A DNA stretch of 64,000 nucleotides, from positions 32,001 to 96,000 of the forward strand of contig JBFFUI010000002.1 in the NCBI GenBank assembly GCA_041571435.1. The letters run 5' to 3'. This DNA comes from Sulfurimonadaceae bacterium. Its GTDB lineage: Bacteria > Campylobacterota > Campylobacteria > Campylobacterales > Sulfurimonadaceae. The notes beneath the pieces were generated by a model. It was not told where the DNA came from. It was given only the letters and a program-made list of their open reading frames with translations, and made no database searches. Shown piece by piece: positions 62,145 through 64,000 of this stretch. How positions within the stretch are numbered: position 1 is the stretch's first letter; each line of letters opens with the position of its first letter. The translations under genes and the position numbers were made by a program.

Positions 62145-62768
62145 TCAATAATCGTGAAGCAGCATCTGCTCTTTGATCAACGCTCTTGCTTCGTCTCGCT
62201 CCATTCCTGTTATGTCAATGGGCTCCGAAGCGTAAAGGTCGACCTGTGTAAACGGTTTTGGAATCGTAAACCTGTCCCAGCTGTTAAGCTGCCAGTACTC
62301 TTTCGGGACACAAGAGAGCACCACGATCTTGCTGTTGGTCTTTTGTGCCATGACGATGATGCCGTCTGCGACTTCATGTCGGGGTCCTTTCGGGCCGTCA
62401 GGCGTAATCCCGACGTCACCGCCGCTTTTAAGTACCTTCATCGCAGCTATCAGTACCTTTGCACCGCTTCGGGTACTGGAACCATGGATACTTTTGAGCT
62501 TCAGGAAACTGTTGGTCTTTGCAATGATCTTGCCGTCAAAATGCTCGCTGATCACAACACTGACGTCAGGCTTTTCACGCAGTTTGAAATAGATAAAGGG
62601 AATGAAGAAAAGGTCACCGTGCCAAAATGCCGCTATGATAGGCTCTTCAGGAACACTCTTGGGAAGATGAAAGACCTTTTTACTGCTGATGTAAAAAAGA
62701 CGGATCAGGAGTGCGGCAACAGGCGGTATCGCAAAGAGAGCCAGTGCACGCAGCAGACGTTTACGCAA
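62145..62768 (-). CDS. lpxJ: DUF374 acyltransferase, LpxJ-like lipid A secondary acyltransferase
   Basis: [24 protein letters not shown] and [11 protein letters not shown] motifs; adjacent to miaB as in Helicobacter/Campylobacter. Confidence 0.75.
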   Translation of the reverse strand: MRKRLLRALALFAIPPVAALLIRLFYISSKKVFHLPKSVPEEPIIAAFWHGDLFFIPFIYFKLREKPDVSVVISEHFDGKIIAKTNSFLKLKSIHGSSTRSGAKVLIAAMKVLKSGGDVGITPDGPKGPRHEVADGIIVMAQKTNSKIVVLSCVPKEYWQLNSWDRFTIPKPFTQVDLYASEPIDITGMERDEARALIKEQMLLHDY

Positions 62769-64000
62769 GAAGCTCTCCGGTGAGGCTCATCCTTGCAGAA
62801 GAAGTTATCCTGACATTTCGTGTCTGGCCCAGAAGCTCTTCGGAGCCTTTTACCTTGACCAGAAAGTTATTGCTGCTTCTACCGGCGACATACCCTTCGG
62901 AGCGGAGCTCTTCAAAATAGACCTCATGTACTTTACCTACCTGATCGAGCATCACTTTGTCGACAACCGTGTCCTGCAATGCCTGCAGTCTGTGCAGACG
63001 CTCTGAAGCCACTTCACTGTCAACAGCGTTTGTATATTCCGCCGCTTCGGTCAAAGGACGTGGCGAATACTTAAAGCTAAACATCTGCTCAAACTGCACC
63101 GCTTCAGCCACATTCATCGTATCTTCGAAGTCCGCATCAGTCTCGCCCGGAAAACCGACGATGATGTCTGTGCTGATACTGACATCCGGGGCCATCTCAC
63201 GGAGTTTGGCCACACGATTTAGAAACCACTCCTGGCTATAACCGCGCTTCATCGCTTTCAATATCTCTGTCGAGCCGCTCTGCAGCGGTACATGCATCGA
63301 CTTGCAGATCTTAGGATTGCGTGCGAACTCTTCGATAAACTCGTCATCCATATGCAACGGGTGAGGTGAGGTAAATCGGATACGCTCCAGTCCCTCTACG
63401 GCACTGACAAGACGCAGCAGTTCGGTAAAGTTGATCTTCGCGTGTTCACCCGAAAAACGGCGCCCGTAATTGTTGACGTTCTGCCCCAGCAAAAAGACCT
63501 CTTTAGCGCCTGTTTCCACGGCCTTTTGCACCTCTTTTACGATCAGGTCCGCCGGGATGGATATCTCGTCACCGCGTGTTTTCGGGACGATGCAGAAGGT
63601 ACAGCTCTTGTCACAACCGATCGAGATGTTGATAAAGGCTTTAAACGGAGACGAACGAAAATCTTTAAACGCAAAATCGGACTCATCATAGTTGATGTCA
63701 ATCTCAACCGATTTGTCTTTCTCGACGACCTGGCCGATCTTGGAGACATTACGTGCGCCAAGTACAAAGTTGACATACGGTGCGCGTTTGATGATATCTT
63801 TACCGAGATGTGATGCCGTACAACCGGCAACACCGATCTTGGCACCCTCTTTTTTGTTTTTGTTGAAAACACCGAGTTCTGAGAAGAGTTTGTGGACCGG
63901 GCGTTCACGTACCGAACAAGTGTTGATGATAATGAGATCTGCTTCTTCAGCGTTCTCGGTGAGCTCATAAGGCTCTTTCGCATTGAGCTCGGCGATCATG
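62761..64000 (-). CDS. miaB: tRNA-2-methylthio-N6-dimethylallyladenosine synthase (5' end outside the window)
   Basis: [29 protein letters not shown] and a TRAM domain. Confidence 0.96.
   Translation of the reverse strand, partial: MIAELNAKEPYELTENAEEADLIIINTCSVRERPVHKLFSELGVFNKNKKEGAKIGVAGCTASHLGKDIIKRAPYVNFVLGARNVSKIGQVVEKDKSVEIDINYDESDFAFKDFRSSPFKAFINISIGCDKSCTFCIVPKTRGDEISIPADLIVKEVQKAVETGAKEVFLLGQNVNNYGRRFSGEHAKINFTELLRLVSAVEGLERIRFTSPHPLHMDDEFIEEFARNPKICKSMHVPLQSGSTEILKAMKRGYSQEWFLNRVAKLREMAPDVSISTDIIVGFPGETDADFEDTMNVAEAVQFEQMFSFKYSPRPLTEAAEYTNAVDSEVASERLHRLQALQDTVVDKVMLDQVGKVHEVYFEELRSEGYVAGRSSNNFLVKVKGSEELLGQTRNVRITSSARMSLTGELLA

Overview
Mostly core-chromosome window from a Campylobacterota (epsilonproteobacterial) genome, probably a free-living Sulfurimonas/Sulfuricurvum-like lineage. 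This is inferred from protein similarity, TGnTATAAT promoters and gene order resembling Campylobacter/Helicobacter. Housekeeping content: LPS heptose genes (waaF, hldE, hldD, gmhB, gmhA), cytochrome c553 with ccoS/ccoI, pgi, rho, murI, dnaX, tRNA-Leu(GAG), atpE, pnp, lptD, purD with upstream 6S RNA, hemD, guaA, nhaD, nadB, uvrC, lon, bamD, recG, hpf, rimO, tilS, lpxJ-like and miaB. Four less ordinary modules stand out. (1) A six-gene operon beside tRNA-Leu encodes a mycobacterial-type polyprenyl-phospho-arabinofuranose pathway (UbiA-type PRPP transferase, GtrA, DprE1, DprE2, HAD phosphatase) plus an ArnT-like GT-C transferase of unknown target. (2) A PAS / double-Hpt / NIT hybrid kinase / single-domain receiver phosphorelay has no DNA-binding output. 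(3) An MSHA-like minor pilin/adhesin cluster includes a 1223-aa protein with about 20 Campylobacter-type D/E-x-N-x-S/T N-glycosylation sequons. (4) A pilMNO-like trio lies downstream of miaB-lpxJ with a Xer-type recombinase in between. Also found: a 39-aa lipoprotein missed by the ORF track and two candidate structured RNAs (atpE leader, yfaZ 3' region). No CRISPR array, IS element or prophage was seen. All assignments come from motif recognition by eye; no database searches were run.
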